The position numbers were made by a program, and so were the translations under genes. DNA of 64,000 bases from Saprospiraceae bacterium (lineage in GTDB: Bacteria > Bacteroidota > Bacteroidia > Chitinophagales > Saprospiraceae). The notes below the pieces were generated by a model, which was not told where the DNA came from, did not search any database, and worked only from the letters and a program-made list of their open reading frames with translations. The DNA is taken from assembly GCA_031402955.1 (NCBI GenBank), contig JANNSS010000043.1, positions 746 to 64,745 on the forward strand, written 5' to 3'. Every line of letters starts with the position of its first letter. Position 1 is the stretch's first letter. This document shows positions 16,262-26,019 of the stretch, in pieces.

Positions 16262-19195
16262 ATGCGCATCTTTATTTCTACCTGCTTTTTTCTCCTGACA
16301 ACACTTACTGTGTTAAACTCCCAAAAACTGGACCATCGTTTAGGCTATGTCCTGATCCAGATAGAAAAAGGAACTTCCCCTAGTCAGGTATTTTCAGATA
16401 ATGCTTCAAGAATACTTGGAGACCTCTTCCAGGATCGCATTATTTCAAAACGCCTTGGCATATACCTGGTCAGATTTGATCACAGCCGGATACATGAAGG
16501 ACAACTTCTGAATCAGCTCAGGGCCGACAAAAATGTACGGACGGCACAATTTGACCACCTCCCTACCCTCAGAACTGAGCCGAATGATCCGCAGTTCTTT
16601 TCTCAATGGCAATGGCTCAATACCGGCCAGACTGGTGGCCAGATAGATGCTGATATTGATGCAGAAACAGCATGGAACTACACCCAGGGTGGCTTGACTG
16701 CTGCGGGTGACACGATTGTCGTGGCTATCATAGACGATGGCCTCGACTACACACATGAAGATATAGCAGCAAATGCATGGATCAATTACCACGAGATAGA
16801 TGGCAATAACTTCGATGATGACGGCAATGGTTACATTGACGATATCCGGGGATGGAATGCCTACAACGATACTCCGGAAATCTGGGGTGAAAATCATGGT
16901 TTAAATGTTGCCGGTATGATCGGTGCCACAGGCAATAACCAAATTGGGATATCCGGCATCAACTGGAATGTCAAGATCATGATGATCGTCGGGGGAACCC
17001 CTGAATCGGCTGCTATTGCATCTTATGCCTATGCCTTAGAGCAGCGTATTCAATATAATGAGAGCAATGGTGCAAAGGGTGCCTTTGTGGTTGCTACTAA
17101 TAGTTCATGGGGTGTTGATTTTGGACAACCGGCAGATGCCCCGTTATGGTGTGCTTTTTATGACACGCTGGGAGCCCACGGAATATTGAGTGCTGGAGCA
17201 ACGGCTAATTTAAATATTGATATCGATGCTAACGGGGATCTGCCAACAGCATGTCCTAGTGAATACCTACTGAGCGTTACAGCACTCAATCACAACAATG
17301 AACGAACATTTTCTGCCTTCGGACTTACTCAGGTTGATTTTGGAGCACCCGGGGAGGATATTTTTACCACCAACAGGAATAATGGCTATACCACGACGAG
17401 TGGCACCTCATTCGCATCACCGGTTGCCGCAGGCGTTGTAGCACTCCTGTATTCAGCGCCATGCCCTGGATTTGCGGACTTAATTCACACCAATCCTTCC
17501 GCTGCTGCCTTGTATGTGCGTGATCTGATGTTCCAGGGTGTAGATCCTATTGCAGGAATGGAGAGTACGATTCGTTTTGGTGGTGGTCTCAACGCAGGTA
17601 AAAGCATGGAACTCCTGATGTCCCTATGCTCCGATTGCCCTATTCCTTTTGCAGTTGAGGCTGATGTGTTATCTGACACAGAGGTCAACATCATCTGGAA
17701 CGCACTCGATACTGCAGACGCTATCAATGCCAGGTATAAACCAATTACTTCCACAGACTGGGATACGCTTTTTGATGTTTCACAACCGCTTGTGCTGGAC
17801 AATCTCTCCGGATGCACCGAATATGAAATTGAATTCGAAGCCATCTGCGCTGATACCTCCACAGGCTTTACAACCAATCACCATTTCAACACACTGGGCT
17901 GTTGCGAACTTCCATCCGGCATCACAACCTTTGCCGATGAATCCAGCATCCTGATTTTCTGGAATGGTATTTTTGCTGCAGAAGCTTATCTCGTTCAATG
18001 GCGTCCAGATTCCACCACTGAGTGGATTGAAGAAGTAACTCCTGATACTATTTACACTATCGGGCAACTGGAAGGATGTACGTACTATGAAGTCAGATTG
18101 CAAACAGATTGTGATACCAGCGCCTCTGGTTTTTCTGAAATCATCCGGATCAGAACTAAAGGTTGTGGCAGCTGTATTGATCTTGAATATTGTGCTTCTG
18201 CATCTGAAGATGCTTCTGAAGAGTTTATAGATTCTTTGATTCTGGGATCGCTGGTGAGCTATACAGGTGAAAATGGCGGATATCTTTTTGTTGATGATCT
18301 GGATCCAAATTATGAAGCTGGTGAATCCTATAATCTGTGGATACGTCCTGGGTTCAGCCCGGGAGATTCATTTGATGAAAAATTCAGAATATGGTTGGAT
18401 GCTAACCAGGATGGCAATTTTGAAGAAGATGAATTATTGCTGGATTCTCTCCTGCTTGCAGAAGATGGTTTTATCAGCAGCCAGTTGACGATACCTGCCG
18501 AAGCTTTGGAAGGCTCCACCCGAATGCGGGTCAGCATGGCTTTTTCCAATCCATTTTTTCCTACCAATCAGGAACCATGTGGCTTCATTGATTTCGGTGA
18601 GGTTGAGGATTACTGTGTTACAATCCTGAGAAACCCCGACCCTTGTCCGGAAGTTGATACTGTATATTTTGACGGGATCAACTTTACAAGTGCCTTTATG
18701 TACTGGCCTGAAACTGAAGGGGCGATCGCTTATACTTATCGCTGGCGTGAAGTTGGGACAATGGACTACACAGAACTTGCAACTATTGATACCACTGCGC
18801 TGATAGATGGTCTTGAAAAATGCAAAACGTATGAGGTGCAGATACGGACCGTGTGTTTGTCTGACACCACCAGTTATGGATTTAATTACTTGCTCGAATC
18901 TGATTGTGATGTTGCGGTTGAAGAAGTGAATCCATTATTAGCTTCTTTTCTCGTGTACCCTAATCCGGTGACAGAAAATGTTTCTATACAATTGCTGCCA
19001 ACAGAAACAGGAAATCATACGGTCTCTCTCTATACGATGCAAGGGCAGCAGGTTCAGCACAAAACCATCTTTGCAGAAAGAAGCATAAAATCCGAAATCA
19101 GATTTGATCAACTGGATGTATATCCAACTGGCCTTTATTTTATAGTTGTGGCCAAGGATGGTAAAACAGCAACGAAGAAATTAGTTAAACTCTAG
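16262..19195 (+). CDS. Secreted subtilisin-like S8 serine protease with a GEVED domain and a T9SS C-terminal sorting domain
   Basis: The catalytic triad contexts are VAIIDDGLD, NHGLNVAGMIGA and SGTSFASPVAAG. It also has FGEVEDYCV and three Cys-bracketed FN3-like modules. The tail VYPNPVTENVSIQL...GLYFIVVAKDGKTATKKLVKL matches a T9SS sorting domain. ATG 16262 precedes the signal peptide. Confidence 0.9.
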   Translation: MRIFISTCFFLLTTLTVLNSQKLDHRLGYVLIQIEKGTSPSQVFSDNASRILGDLFQDRIISKRLGIYLVRFDHSRIHEGQLLNQLRADKNVRTAQFDHLPTLRTEPNDPQFFSQWQWLNTGQTGGQIDADIDAETAWNYTQGGLTAAGDTIVVAIIDDGLDYTHEDIAANAWINYHEIDGNNFDDDGNGYIDDIRGWNAYNDTPEIWGENHGLNVAGMIGATGNNQIGISGINWNVKIMMIVGGTPESAAIASYAYALEQRIQYNESNGAKGAFVVATNSSWGVDFGQPADAPLWCAFYDTLGAHGILSAGATANLNIDIDANGDLPTACPSEYLLSVTALNHNNERTFSAFGLTQVDFGAPGEDIFTTNRNNGYTTTSGTSFASPVAAGVVALLYSAPCPGFADLIHTNPSAAALYVRDLMFQGVDPIAGMESTIRFGGGLNAGKSMELLMSLCSDCPIPFAVEADVLSDTEVNIIWNALDTADAINARYKPITSTDWDTLFDVSQPLVLDNLSGCTEYEIEFEAICADTSTGFTTNHHFNTLGCCELPSGITTFADESSILIFWNGIFAAEAYLVQWRPDSTTEWIEEVTPDTIYTIGQLEGCTYYEVRLQTDCDTSASGFSEIIRIRTKGCGSCIDLEYCASASEDASEEFIDSLILGSLVSYTGENGGYLFVDDLDPNYEAGESYNLWIRPGFSPGDSFDEKFRIWLDANQDGNFEEDELLLDSLLLAEDGFISSQLTIPAEALEGSTRMRVSMAFSNPFFPTNQEPCGFIDFGEVEDYCVTILRNPDPCPEVDTVYFDGINFTSAFMYWPETEGAIAYTYRWREVGTMDYTELATIDTTALIDGLEKCKTYEVQIRTVCLSDTTSYGFNYLLESDCDVAVEEVNPLLASFLVYPNPVTENVSIQLLPTETGNHTVSLYTMQGQQVQHKTIFAERSIKSEIRFDQLDVYPTGLYFIVVAKDGKTATKKLVKL

Positions 19196-19232
19196 AAAAA
19201 CAAACGAAGAGGGTTAAATAAAGTTTGTTTGT

Positions 19233-19281
19233 AAAATCCGTCAATAGTTCATTCTGTGAAGAGAAACTATTGACGGATTTT
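19233..19281. terminator. Bidirectional terminator hairpin between the convergent S8 protease and hbd genes
   Basis: Perfect 17-bp arms AAAATCCGTCAATAGTT / AACTATTGACGGATTTT, with flanking A and T runs. Confidence 0.8.
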
Positions 19282-19293
19282 TAACTTTAGGAT

Positions 19294-20199
19294 CTAACGA
19301 AAGTTTGGGCTAACTAATAACTGTTTGTCTCCAGGTGTATATATGTAAAATCCTTCACCGGATTTAACACCCAGCTTACCGGCTTGCACCATATTGACCA
19401 GCAATGGGCATGGGGCGTATTTAGGTTGTCCATAACCATCCTGTAATACGCGGGTAATCGCCAGGACAACATCCAGTCCTATAAAATCAGCTAGCTGAAG
19501 TGGGCCCATCGGATGTGCCATCCCAAGCTTCATCACGCTATCAATTTCTTCAACACCTGCGACACCTTCCCATAGGGCAATGATGGCTTCATTGATCATC
19601 GGGATTAATATGCGGTTTGCTACAAAGCCAGGATAATCATTAACGGTCACTGGTATCTTGTCAAGACTCCTTGACAAAGCTGTCACTGTCTCTGTTACCG
19701 TATCAGAAGTACTGTATCCCCTGATGATTTCCACGAGTTTCATCAAGGGAACGGGATTCATGAAATGCATACCGATGACACGATTCGGATGATCGGTGAC
19801 CGATGCAATCTTTGTAATAGAAATAGAACTGGTGTTTGTGGCCAGGATGGCCTCAGGCCTGCAAAACTCACTAAGCCCTTTGAATATTTTTAATTTGAGA
19901 TCTACATTTTCTGTAGCTGCTTCCACCACTAAAGTGGCCTCCTGCACACTTGCTTGAATTTCGGTGGAGGTTTTAATCCGCGCAAGTGTTTCATCTCTTT
20001 CCTGCTGAGATATTTTCTCTTTCCCCACCATCCTATCCAGATTCTTGCCGATGGTAGCGAGTCCCCGCGTCAATGCATCCGCGGATACATCAATCATCGT
20101 GACCTTGTAACCATATTGTGCAAAAATGTGGGTTATACCATTTCCCATGGTTCCGGCGCCAATGACCGAAACGATATGATCTTTTAAATTGTCTGACAT
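19294..20199 (-). CDS. hbd: 3-hydroxyacyl/3-hydroxybutyryl-CoA dehydrogenase
   Basis: 301 aa with NAD-binding motif VIGAGTMGNGI, and similarity to HBD along the full length. Confidence 0.85.
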   Translation of the reverse strand: MSDNLKDHIVSVIGAGTMGNGITHIFAQYGYKVTMIDVSADALTRGLATIGKNLDRMVGKEKISQQERDETLARIKTSTEIQASVQEATLVVEAATENVDLKLKIFKGLSEFCRPEAILATNTSSISITKIASVTDHPNRVIGMHFMNPVPLMKLVEIIRGYSTSDTVTETVTALSRSLDKIPVTVNDYPGFVANRILIPMINEAIIALWEGVAGVEEIDSVMKLGMAHPMGPLQLADFIGLDVVLAITRVLQDGYGQPKYAPCPLLVNMVQAGKLGVKSGEGFYIYTPGDKQLLVSPNFR

Positions 20200-20286
20200 A
20201 GGGACTAAATTAGAGAAATCCTGATTCCCAATGCAGCTTGATTGAAAGTCGAGAAGAAAATGTGATGGAAAAGAAGATAAAGCAGA

Positions 20287-21951
20287 CTACCAGCTACCGC
20301 CGCCACCGCCGCCGCTACCGCCGCCACTGAAACCACCACCGCCACCACCGCCGGATCCGCTACTGCTGGGTGCGCTGGTAAACGCAGAGCCAATACTATT
20401 GATCTCTGAAGGAAAACTCTCTGAAAATGTATTCCAGGATTGACCGAGGTAGGCTCCATGCATTCCGGGACTGCCATACCATGATGGTGGTTGGGTAAGG
20501 AGTCCTTCAAACTGATGATTCCATTGCTTGAGATAACCAAATGCCAGCGCAAAAGGCATCGTCTTGTCATAATAAAGCGGATCCTCTTTCATCAATCGCT
20601 CTATCACGGGTTTCTCGGCCTTTTTGACAAATTGTCTGAAGCCTTCGAGTTTCTGATATGTTTTATTTCCGTCAGGTGATCGCTTATTAAAACGGCTCGC
20701 AAAATAGAACAATAATAAACCAGTGGCCATCAACGCAATCCCATCCAGATTTTGTTGCGCAAAAACTGCAAACGCACCCCATCCTAAAGCACCAAGTCCA
20801 GCCAGCCCTGTCATGCATCCCATCGCTTTCTGGTCAGGCTCGTACCATCCTTGCTGCATAATCCATGCCTTTACGGATGCCTGGACACCTGACATATGCG
20901 TATGAAACTTATCCTTCAGATCAGCTAACTCAACCTGGTTTCCAGTAGCGAAAAGGGCATTAAAAAACTGCTTTTCAAATTCAAACAGCTCATTGCCCGC
21001 TTCCTTCAGTTTAAAAAAAGTGATATCACTTTTCCTGAGGAAACCTCCTTCCTTTGCTTCAAGGCGCAGATAGCCTTGATTGGCCAGATGGGGGATAAGG
21101 CATAGTACATCATTGCTATCAACACTGTGATCAACGAATCCACCAGCGATAGCCGGAGAGATTCCCTCTGGAGGAAAATACTCCGTCATGATAGTCTGGC
21201 GCCTATTCCTGGCAATATACCTGGCGAGAATCCCACCGAAAATGAAGAAGAAGGGTGCCAGCAGCAATCCATGCTTCTCAAGGAAAAATGACCAGGTGCT
21301 CATCTCTACAAAGGTGCCCTTGTCAAAATAGCATGCTACAGTCATGCCTTCTCCGGGCATCAATTTTCTAGTGACCTTTCCGTCAACGCTTCGAGACTGG
21401 ATTTGTAACTCAACATCCTGGGCTGTCGAACCTGCTGCACCGGTAGTTGCGCCCACCTTTTCCCGTGTAAGATTTACCTGCTCGGGAAAGGTCAGTCTAA
21501 AGGAAACATTTTCAATTTCGACCGGCCATTTGGTGCCCAGCAAGTCCCAGTAGAATTCAGTGTGTCCGTCCTCAAAGAAATTCAGCGGATTGACCACATG
21601 ATAATTTATCCTGTATACCTGGGTTCCTTCCACATAGGTATCAGCACTCCCTATTTTAATGAGGAGATTATAGTCCTCTTTAGACCTGGAAAACTTAAAT
21701 CCATCAACCCCGACATCTTTGATCAGCCTGTCTACCGCTTTCCCATTGATTACATCATGGTATGGTATAAATCGAAAAATACCATGTCGTTGCTCTGTAA
21801 ACCTCACCTCAATGGTTTCAACAAAATCAGCGGAACCATCGGCCGCAAAGGTTACAGCGATATCATACCGGGTAATGGTAAAATACTCTGCTTTGACCTG
21901 CGTGGCAAATAACCACAACGGCAGGATCAGCAGCAAAAGACGTTTTGTCAT
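20287..21951 (-). CDS. DUF2207 membrane protein with a Gly-rich C-terminal tail
   Basis: 554 aa with a signal peptide, an extracytoplasmic domain, TM helices and the tail SSGSGGGGGGGFSGGGSGGGGGGSW. It starts 4 nt downstream of lemA. Confidence 0.75.
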   Translation of the reverse strand: MTKRLLLLILPLWLFATQVKAEYFTITRYDIAVTFAADGSADFVETIEVRFTEQRHGIFRFIPYHDVINGKAVDRLIKDVGVDGFKFSRSKEDYNLLIKIGSADTYVEGTQVYRINYHVVNPLNFFEDGHTEFYWDLLGTKWPVEIENVSFRLTFPEQVNLTREKVGATTGAAGSTAQDVELQIQSRSVDGKVTRKLMPGEGMTVACYFDKGTFVEMSTWSFFLEKHGLLLAPFFFIFGGILARYIARNRRQTIMTEYFPPEGISPAIAGGFVDHSVDSNDVLCLIPHLANQGYLRLEAKEGGFLRKSDITFFKLKEAGNELFEFEKQFFNALFATGNQVELADLKDKFHTHMSGVQASVKAWIMQQGWYEPDQKAMGCMTGLAGLGALGWGAFAVFAQQNLDGIALMATGLLLFYFASRFNKRSPDGNKTYQKLEGFRQFVKKAEKPVIERLMKEDPLYYDKTMPFALAFGYLKQWNHQFEGLLTQPPSWYGSPGMHGAYLGQSWNTFSESFPSEINSIGSAFTSAPSSSGSGGGGGGGFSGGGSGGGGGGSW

Positions 21952-21955
21952 AGTC

Positions 21956-22504
21956 TCAGAACTGGACTTTTACATTTTGTGTTTCTGCTTCATCCACTTC
22001 GAAATATTCCATTCGGTGAAATCCAAACGGGCCTGCAATCAGGTTGCTTGGAAATACTTCAACAGCGTTGTTCATGTCACGGGCAGAAGCATTGTAATAC
22101 CGACGTGCACGCTGTATCCCTTCTTCAAGGCCAGTCAGTGTTGTCTGTAAATTGAGAAACTCCTGGTTTGCTTTAAGGTCAGGATAATTTTCTGCCAGTG
22201 CAAATACTGTCTTTAAAGCACCTGACAATTCAAGTTCAGCAGCACCTCCGTCTTTACCTCCGGCGGACATAGCCCTGCTCCTTAATTCAACAATCTTCTC
22301 AAGTGTTCCGCTTTCGTATTGTGTGTAGCCTTTGATAGTGTTCACCAGATTAGGAATCAGGTCATAACGTTGCTTCAAAAAAACATTTATTGATTTGAAC
22401 GCTTCTTCAGCTCCGTTGCGCATACGCACGAGCTTGTTATAGGTGCCCATCAGATAGAAACCGATGAGGACAGCAATAATCAATAAAATAAGTAGTACGG
22501 TCAT
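21956..22504 (-). CDS. lemA: LemA family protein
   Basis: 182 aa with an N-terminal TM helix and LemA-type helical repeats (YNKLVRMRN...RYYNASARDMNNAVEVFPSNLIA). Confidence 0.85.
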   Translation of the reverse strand: MTVLLILLIIAVLIGFYLMGTYNKLVRMRNGAEEAFKSINVFLKQRYDLIPNLVNTIKGYTQYESGTLEKIVELRSRAMSAGGKDGGAAELELSGALKTVFALAENYPDLKANQEFLNLQTTLTGLEEGIQRARRYYNASARDMNNAVEVFPSNLIAGPFGFHRMEYFEVDEAETQNVKVQF

Positions 22505-22529
22505 AGTGATTGAGTAGTCAGATTCAACT

Positions 22530-22537
22530 CAAATGTA
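22530..22537 (-). promoter_or_regulatory. -7 box TACATTTG for the lemA-DUF2207 operon
   Basis: Matches TAnnTTTG, 26 nt upstream of the ATG. Confidence 0.5.
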
Positions 22538-22708
22538 CTAAGGAGTTGGGGAACTACATAGATAATAGACGAAGCAGCCGGAGAATGCGATATAAGGGTT
22601 TTTCACGCGATTTTACGCTTACCGAATCCGACCATAGAGTGGCATTTGCAGCGCAGGCGACCCTATTTCATTAAGGAAAGACACATATTTAACTAATTTC
22701 ACCCCGGC

Positions 22709-23548
22709 ATGAATAAAACAATCCTTGTTGGGGATATCGGATCGACAAAATCAACCTGGGTGTATTCCTCAGACGTAAGTAAGGAATTACAACTTGAAGG
22801 TTATAATCCTGTCGTTCAGTCAGAAAATCAGGGAAATATCCTTTTTACATCCTTACTGACCAACATGAGGGACTCAGAAGTTTCAACTATCTGGTATTAT
22901 GGTGCAGGGATTATTGATTCCAGGCAAAGCCAGGTTATCGAGGACGGCTTGAAAAATATATTTCCCGACTGTATAATCCATGTTTCCTCTGATCTGATAG
23001 GTGCAGCTTTTGCTGCATGTGGAAATAACCCAGGTACTGTAGCTATTCTTGGCACCGGAAGCCATGCAGCTGGATGGGATGGTAAAAGAATTGTAAAACA
23101 AGCTGTTTCGCTGGGTTACCTCCTGGGAGATGAGGGTGGAGGATGTGATCTCGGAAAGGCGTTATTGCAGCATTACTTTTACAAAACGATGCCCGAGGTA
23201 ATCAGCAAAAACCTTGACGAAAGATTGCATGGGGACCGGAGCACGTTCCTGCGGGAACTCCAATCATCGGATAAGCCAAACCAGTTTCTGGCTGAATTTG
23301 CAAGATTTGCGGTTTTACATCAGGAGCACGAGTGGATACAGGATTTGGTTTCCGAAAGATTTAATGTTTTTATTAGCCAGCACGTGTTACCACTTCAACC
23401 AAAAGGGCATGTGCACGTAGTTGGTTCGATAGGCTGTATATTTGCCAGCTTAATTAAAAAAGAACTGGAAAAACACAGTTTGTCAGCAGGCACCTTTGTT
23501 AAGGATCCAGCGAGACGACTGTATGAAAGACACGCTGAACATGGATAA
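22709..23548 (+). CDS. BadF/BadG/BcrA/BcrD-type ATPase (N-acetylglucosamine-kinase-like)
   Basis: 279 aa with ASKHA motifs GDIGSTKS, LGTGS and GYLLGDEGGG. Confidence 0.7.
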   Translation: MNKTILVGDIGSTKSTWVYSSDVSKELQLEGYNPVVQSENQGNILFTSLLTNMRDSEVSTIWYYGAGIIDSRQSQVIEDGLKNIFPDCIIHVSSDLIGAAFAACGNNPGTVAILGTGSHAAGWDGKRIVKQAVSLGYLLGDEGGGCDLGKALLQHYFYKTMPEVISKNLDERLHGDRSTFLRELQSSDKPNQFLAEFARFAVLHQEHEWIQDLVSERFNVFISQHVLPLQPKGHVHVVGSIGCIFASLIKKELEKHSLSAGTFVKDPARRLYERHAEHG

Positions 23549-23549
23549 A

Positions 23550-24533
23550 ATGAAAACGGAAATCAGGCGACTTGCCGTCTATTCTTCAGGTGGAGATGCT
23601 CCTGGAATGAATGCTGCCATCAGGGCAGTAGTCAGGACGGCTTCCTATTACGATCTGCATGTATTTGGTATCTACAGAGGATACGAAGGGATGATTGATG
23701 GAGATATTGTCCGGCTTGATAAAGGGGATGTAGGTAATATCATCCATCGCGGGGGTACCATCCTAAAAACCGCACGTAGTGCACGATTCCGGACACCGGA
23801 AGGCCGTAAACTGGCACATGAAGCACTTGTAGCCAATGATATTGATGCTTTAATCGCGATTGGTGGGGACGGGACATTTACCGGTGGTAAAATATTCTTT
23901 GAAGAATATGGCATCCCGGTCATTGGTATTCCAGGCACGATTGATAACGATCTCTTTGGAACTGACTATACGATTGGTTTTGATACGGCAGTCAATACTG
24001 CTATTGAAGCTGTGGACAGAATCAGAGATACAGCAGATTCGCACAACAGATTATTTTTTGTTGAGGTGATGGGTAGAGACACCGGATATATTGCACTCAA
24101 CACAGGAATAGGAAGCGGTGCAGGAGCTATCCTGATTCCGGAATCGTCCATTGATGTTGAAACACTGATCAAGCATCTGGAAAAAACAGCCAAACGTCAA
24201 AAATTATTCTCCCTGATCATTGTGGCAGAAGGAAATGAAAACGGAAACGCACAGAAACTTGCCTCAGAGATCAGAGAAAGGTTTCCTGACTACGATCCGA
24301 AAGTCACCATTATCGGGCACTTACAGCGCGGTGGTGCCCCTTCGGCCCTGGACAGACTCATCGCCAGTAGAATGGGATTCAAAGCTGTTGAAGCCATCAT
24401 TGAAGGCCATACCAACAAGATGGTAGGTATTCAAAACAACCAGATGAAGCTGATCTCCTTTGAAGATGCCATTAACAAGAGCAAAGACATCGATAAGGAC
24501 TTGCTGAGGATGGCCGAAATCCTCTCTTTATAA
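23550..24533 (+). CDS. pfkA: ATP-dependent 6-phosphofructokinase
   Basis: Motifs SGGDAPGMNAAIRAVVR, IGGDGTFTG, PGTIDND and MGR are present. The start is ATG 23541 or 23550, directly abutting the upstream stop at 23548. Confidence 0.92.
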   Translation: MKTEIRRLAVYSSGGDAPGMNAAIRAVVRTASYYDLHVFGIYRGYEGMIDGDIVRLDKGDVGNIIHRGGTILKTARSARFRTPEGRKLAHEALVANDIDALIAIGGDGTFTGGKIFFEEYGIPVIGIPGTIDNDLFGTDYTIGFDTAVNTAIEAVDRIRDTADSHNRLFFVEVMGRDTGYIALNTGIGSGAGAILIPESSIDVETLIKHLEKTAKRQKLFSLIIVAEGNENGNAQKLASEIRERFPDYDPKVTIIGHLQRGGAPSALDRLIASRMGFKAVEAIIEGHTNKMVGIQNNQMKLISFEDAINKSKDIDKDLLRMAEILSL

Positions 24534-24538
24534 TAAGC

Positions 24539-24862
24539 GTGGAAATCTCATTCTTTTATATTCCCGTTGGCGATGAAGCTGAAGCAGCAGCCTTGGGAAA
24601 TCTTGCTTTAAAGAAAAAATTGGCTGCATGTACTAATATTTTCCCTGTTCAATCTGCATTTATGTGGGAGGGGGCCTTGCAGCAGGAACCTGAATTTATC
24701 CTTGTACTGAAAACCATGCCTCACAAGAAAAAAGCATTGCGCGAATTGCTGGAAAGCAACCACAGTTATGAAACGCCTTGCATATTGAGTTGGGACGCTG
24801 AAGTAAATGCAGCGTATGGAGCGTGGGTGGATCGTCAAGTAAAAGGAGACATCGGAACCTAA
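24539..24862 (+). CDS. cutA: Divalent-cation tolerance protein CutA
   Basis: 107 aa with a CutA1 fold signature (LAACTNIFPVQSAFMWEG...YETPCI). The start is GTG. Confidence 0.8.
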   Translation: MEISFFYIPVGDEAEAAALGNLALKKKLAACTNIFPVQSAFMWEGALQQEPEFILVLKTMPHKKKALRELLESNHSYETPCILSWDAEVNAAYGAWVDRQVKGDIGT

Positions 24863-24873
24863 TGCCTGGCTAA

Positions 24874-25972
24874 TTAATTATGTCCTGCATCTATGCTCTT
24901 GCTCCACATAAGATAGGCTTTAATAAATCCATTCAGGTCACCATTTAGTACCAGATCAGGATTGTGCACGGTGTGCTGGCTTCGGTGATCTTTGACCCTT
25001 CGGTCATCGAGCACATAACTTCGGATCTGGCTTCCCCATTCATTCTTTGTTTTTCCCGCTTCAACTTTATCCCGCTCGGCATTCTGTCTTTCAATTTCGC
25101 GCTCATACAACCTTGAACGTAGCATTTGCATTGCCTTGTCACGGTTCTGATGCTGCGATCGCTCCTGCTGACACTCAACTACAATTCCAGATGGCAAGTG
25201 GCGCACCCTTACTGCAGATTCAGTCTTGTTGACATGCTGGCCTCCCGCACCACTGGAGCGAAAAGTATCCCATTCAAGATCATCTGTTTTGATTTCAATC
25301 TTAATACTATCATCCACGAGCGGATGAACAAATACAGAAGAGAAAGAAGTCATTCGTTTACCCTGGGAATTGAAAGGACTCACGCGGACTAACCGGTGAA
25401 CGCCATTCTCACCCTTAAGCATTCCATAGGCGTATTCCCCATTGATTTCAATCTCCGCGCTTTTAATGCCGGCTACATCGCCATTCTGGCGATTCAACTC
25501 AGAGACTTTGTATCCATTCTTTTCAGCCCACATGACATACATGCGTAGCAACATTTCGGACCAGTCACAGCTTTCAGTTCCGCCGGCACCAGCATTTATC
25601 TCGAGGATACAGGACAACTCATCTTCCGGATGATTGAGCGTGCTCCTGAACTCAACATCGTCGACGATGTCAACTGCCTTTGCATAAGCTGCATCAAGCT
25701 CCACTTCGGTAGCTTCACCGGCATCAAAAAATTCCAATAGAACACCCAGGTCATCGATGACTTCTTCGATGGCTTTAAAATTTGAAATCCAGTGTTTGTG
25801 AGCTTTAATTTCTTTGAGTGCTAAGCCCGAGCGCTCTGCATCGGACCAGAAATCCGGGTCTAAGGTAAGTTGTTCCTTTTCCTCAAGTTGAAGTTTACGT
25901 CTTGCGACGTCAAAGATACCTCCCTAAAACTCCCACACGGGTCTTGAGATCTATAAACTGATCTACGGTCAT
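24874..25972 (-). CDS. prfB: Peptide chain release factor 2, requiring a programmed +1 frameshift
   Basis: The track ORF (24874-25737) carries SPF and GGQ motifs but lacks an N-terminus. ORF0 runs from ATG 25972 (MTVDQFIDLKTRVGVLGRYL) and ends at an in-frame TGA within CTT TGA C (25915-25909). Shifting +1 reads GAC and joins the main frame, giving 365 aa in total. Confidence 0.93.
25909..25925 (-). promoter_or_regulatory. prfB recoding signal: SD-like AGGGAGG, TAT spacer and CTTTGAC slippery/stop site
   Basis: The minus strand reads AGGGAGGTATCTTTGAC, nearly identical to the E. coli prfB signal AGGGGGTATCTTTGAC. Confidence 0.9.
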
Positions 25973-25990
25973 GATAATGGATTTAAAATG

Positions 25991-26010
25991 AGGGGGGCAA
26001 AAGCCCCCCT
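25991..26010 (-). terminator. GC-rich hairpin after the FKBP gene
   Basis: AGGGGGGC-AAAA-GCCCCCCT, 10 nt past the stop codon and just upstream of the prfB start. Confidence 0.65.
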
Positions 26011-26019
26011 ATTGGAAAT

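Noticed and set aside
16445-16897. A 150-aa ORF antisense to the S8 protease gene (and likewise 54711-55178, 155 aa, antisense to the MutA-like gene, and 20205-20570 within DUF2207)
   Set aside because: They are shadow ORFs inside well-supported genes. The 20205-20570 ORF is produced by the GC-rich glycine-tail codons read out of frame.
22561-22585. GACGAAGCAGCCGGAG resembling the SRP RNA domain IV motif (GGAAGCAGCC)
   Set aside because: The flanking sequence lacks the complementary strand and the conserved GNAR tetraloop context, and no helix 8-like fold can be drawn.
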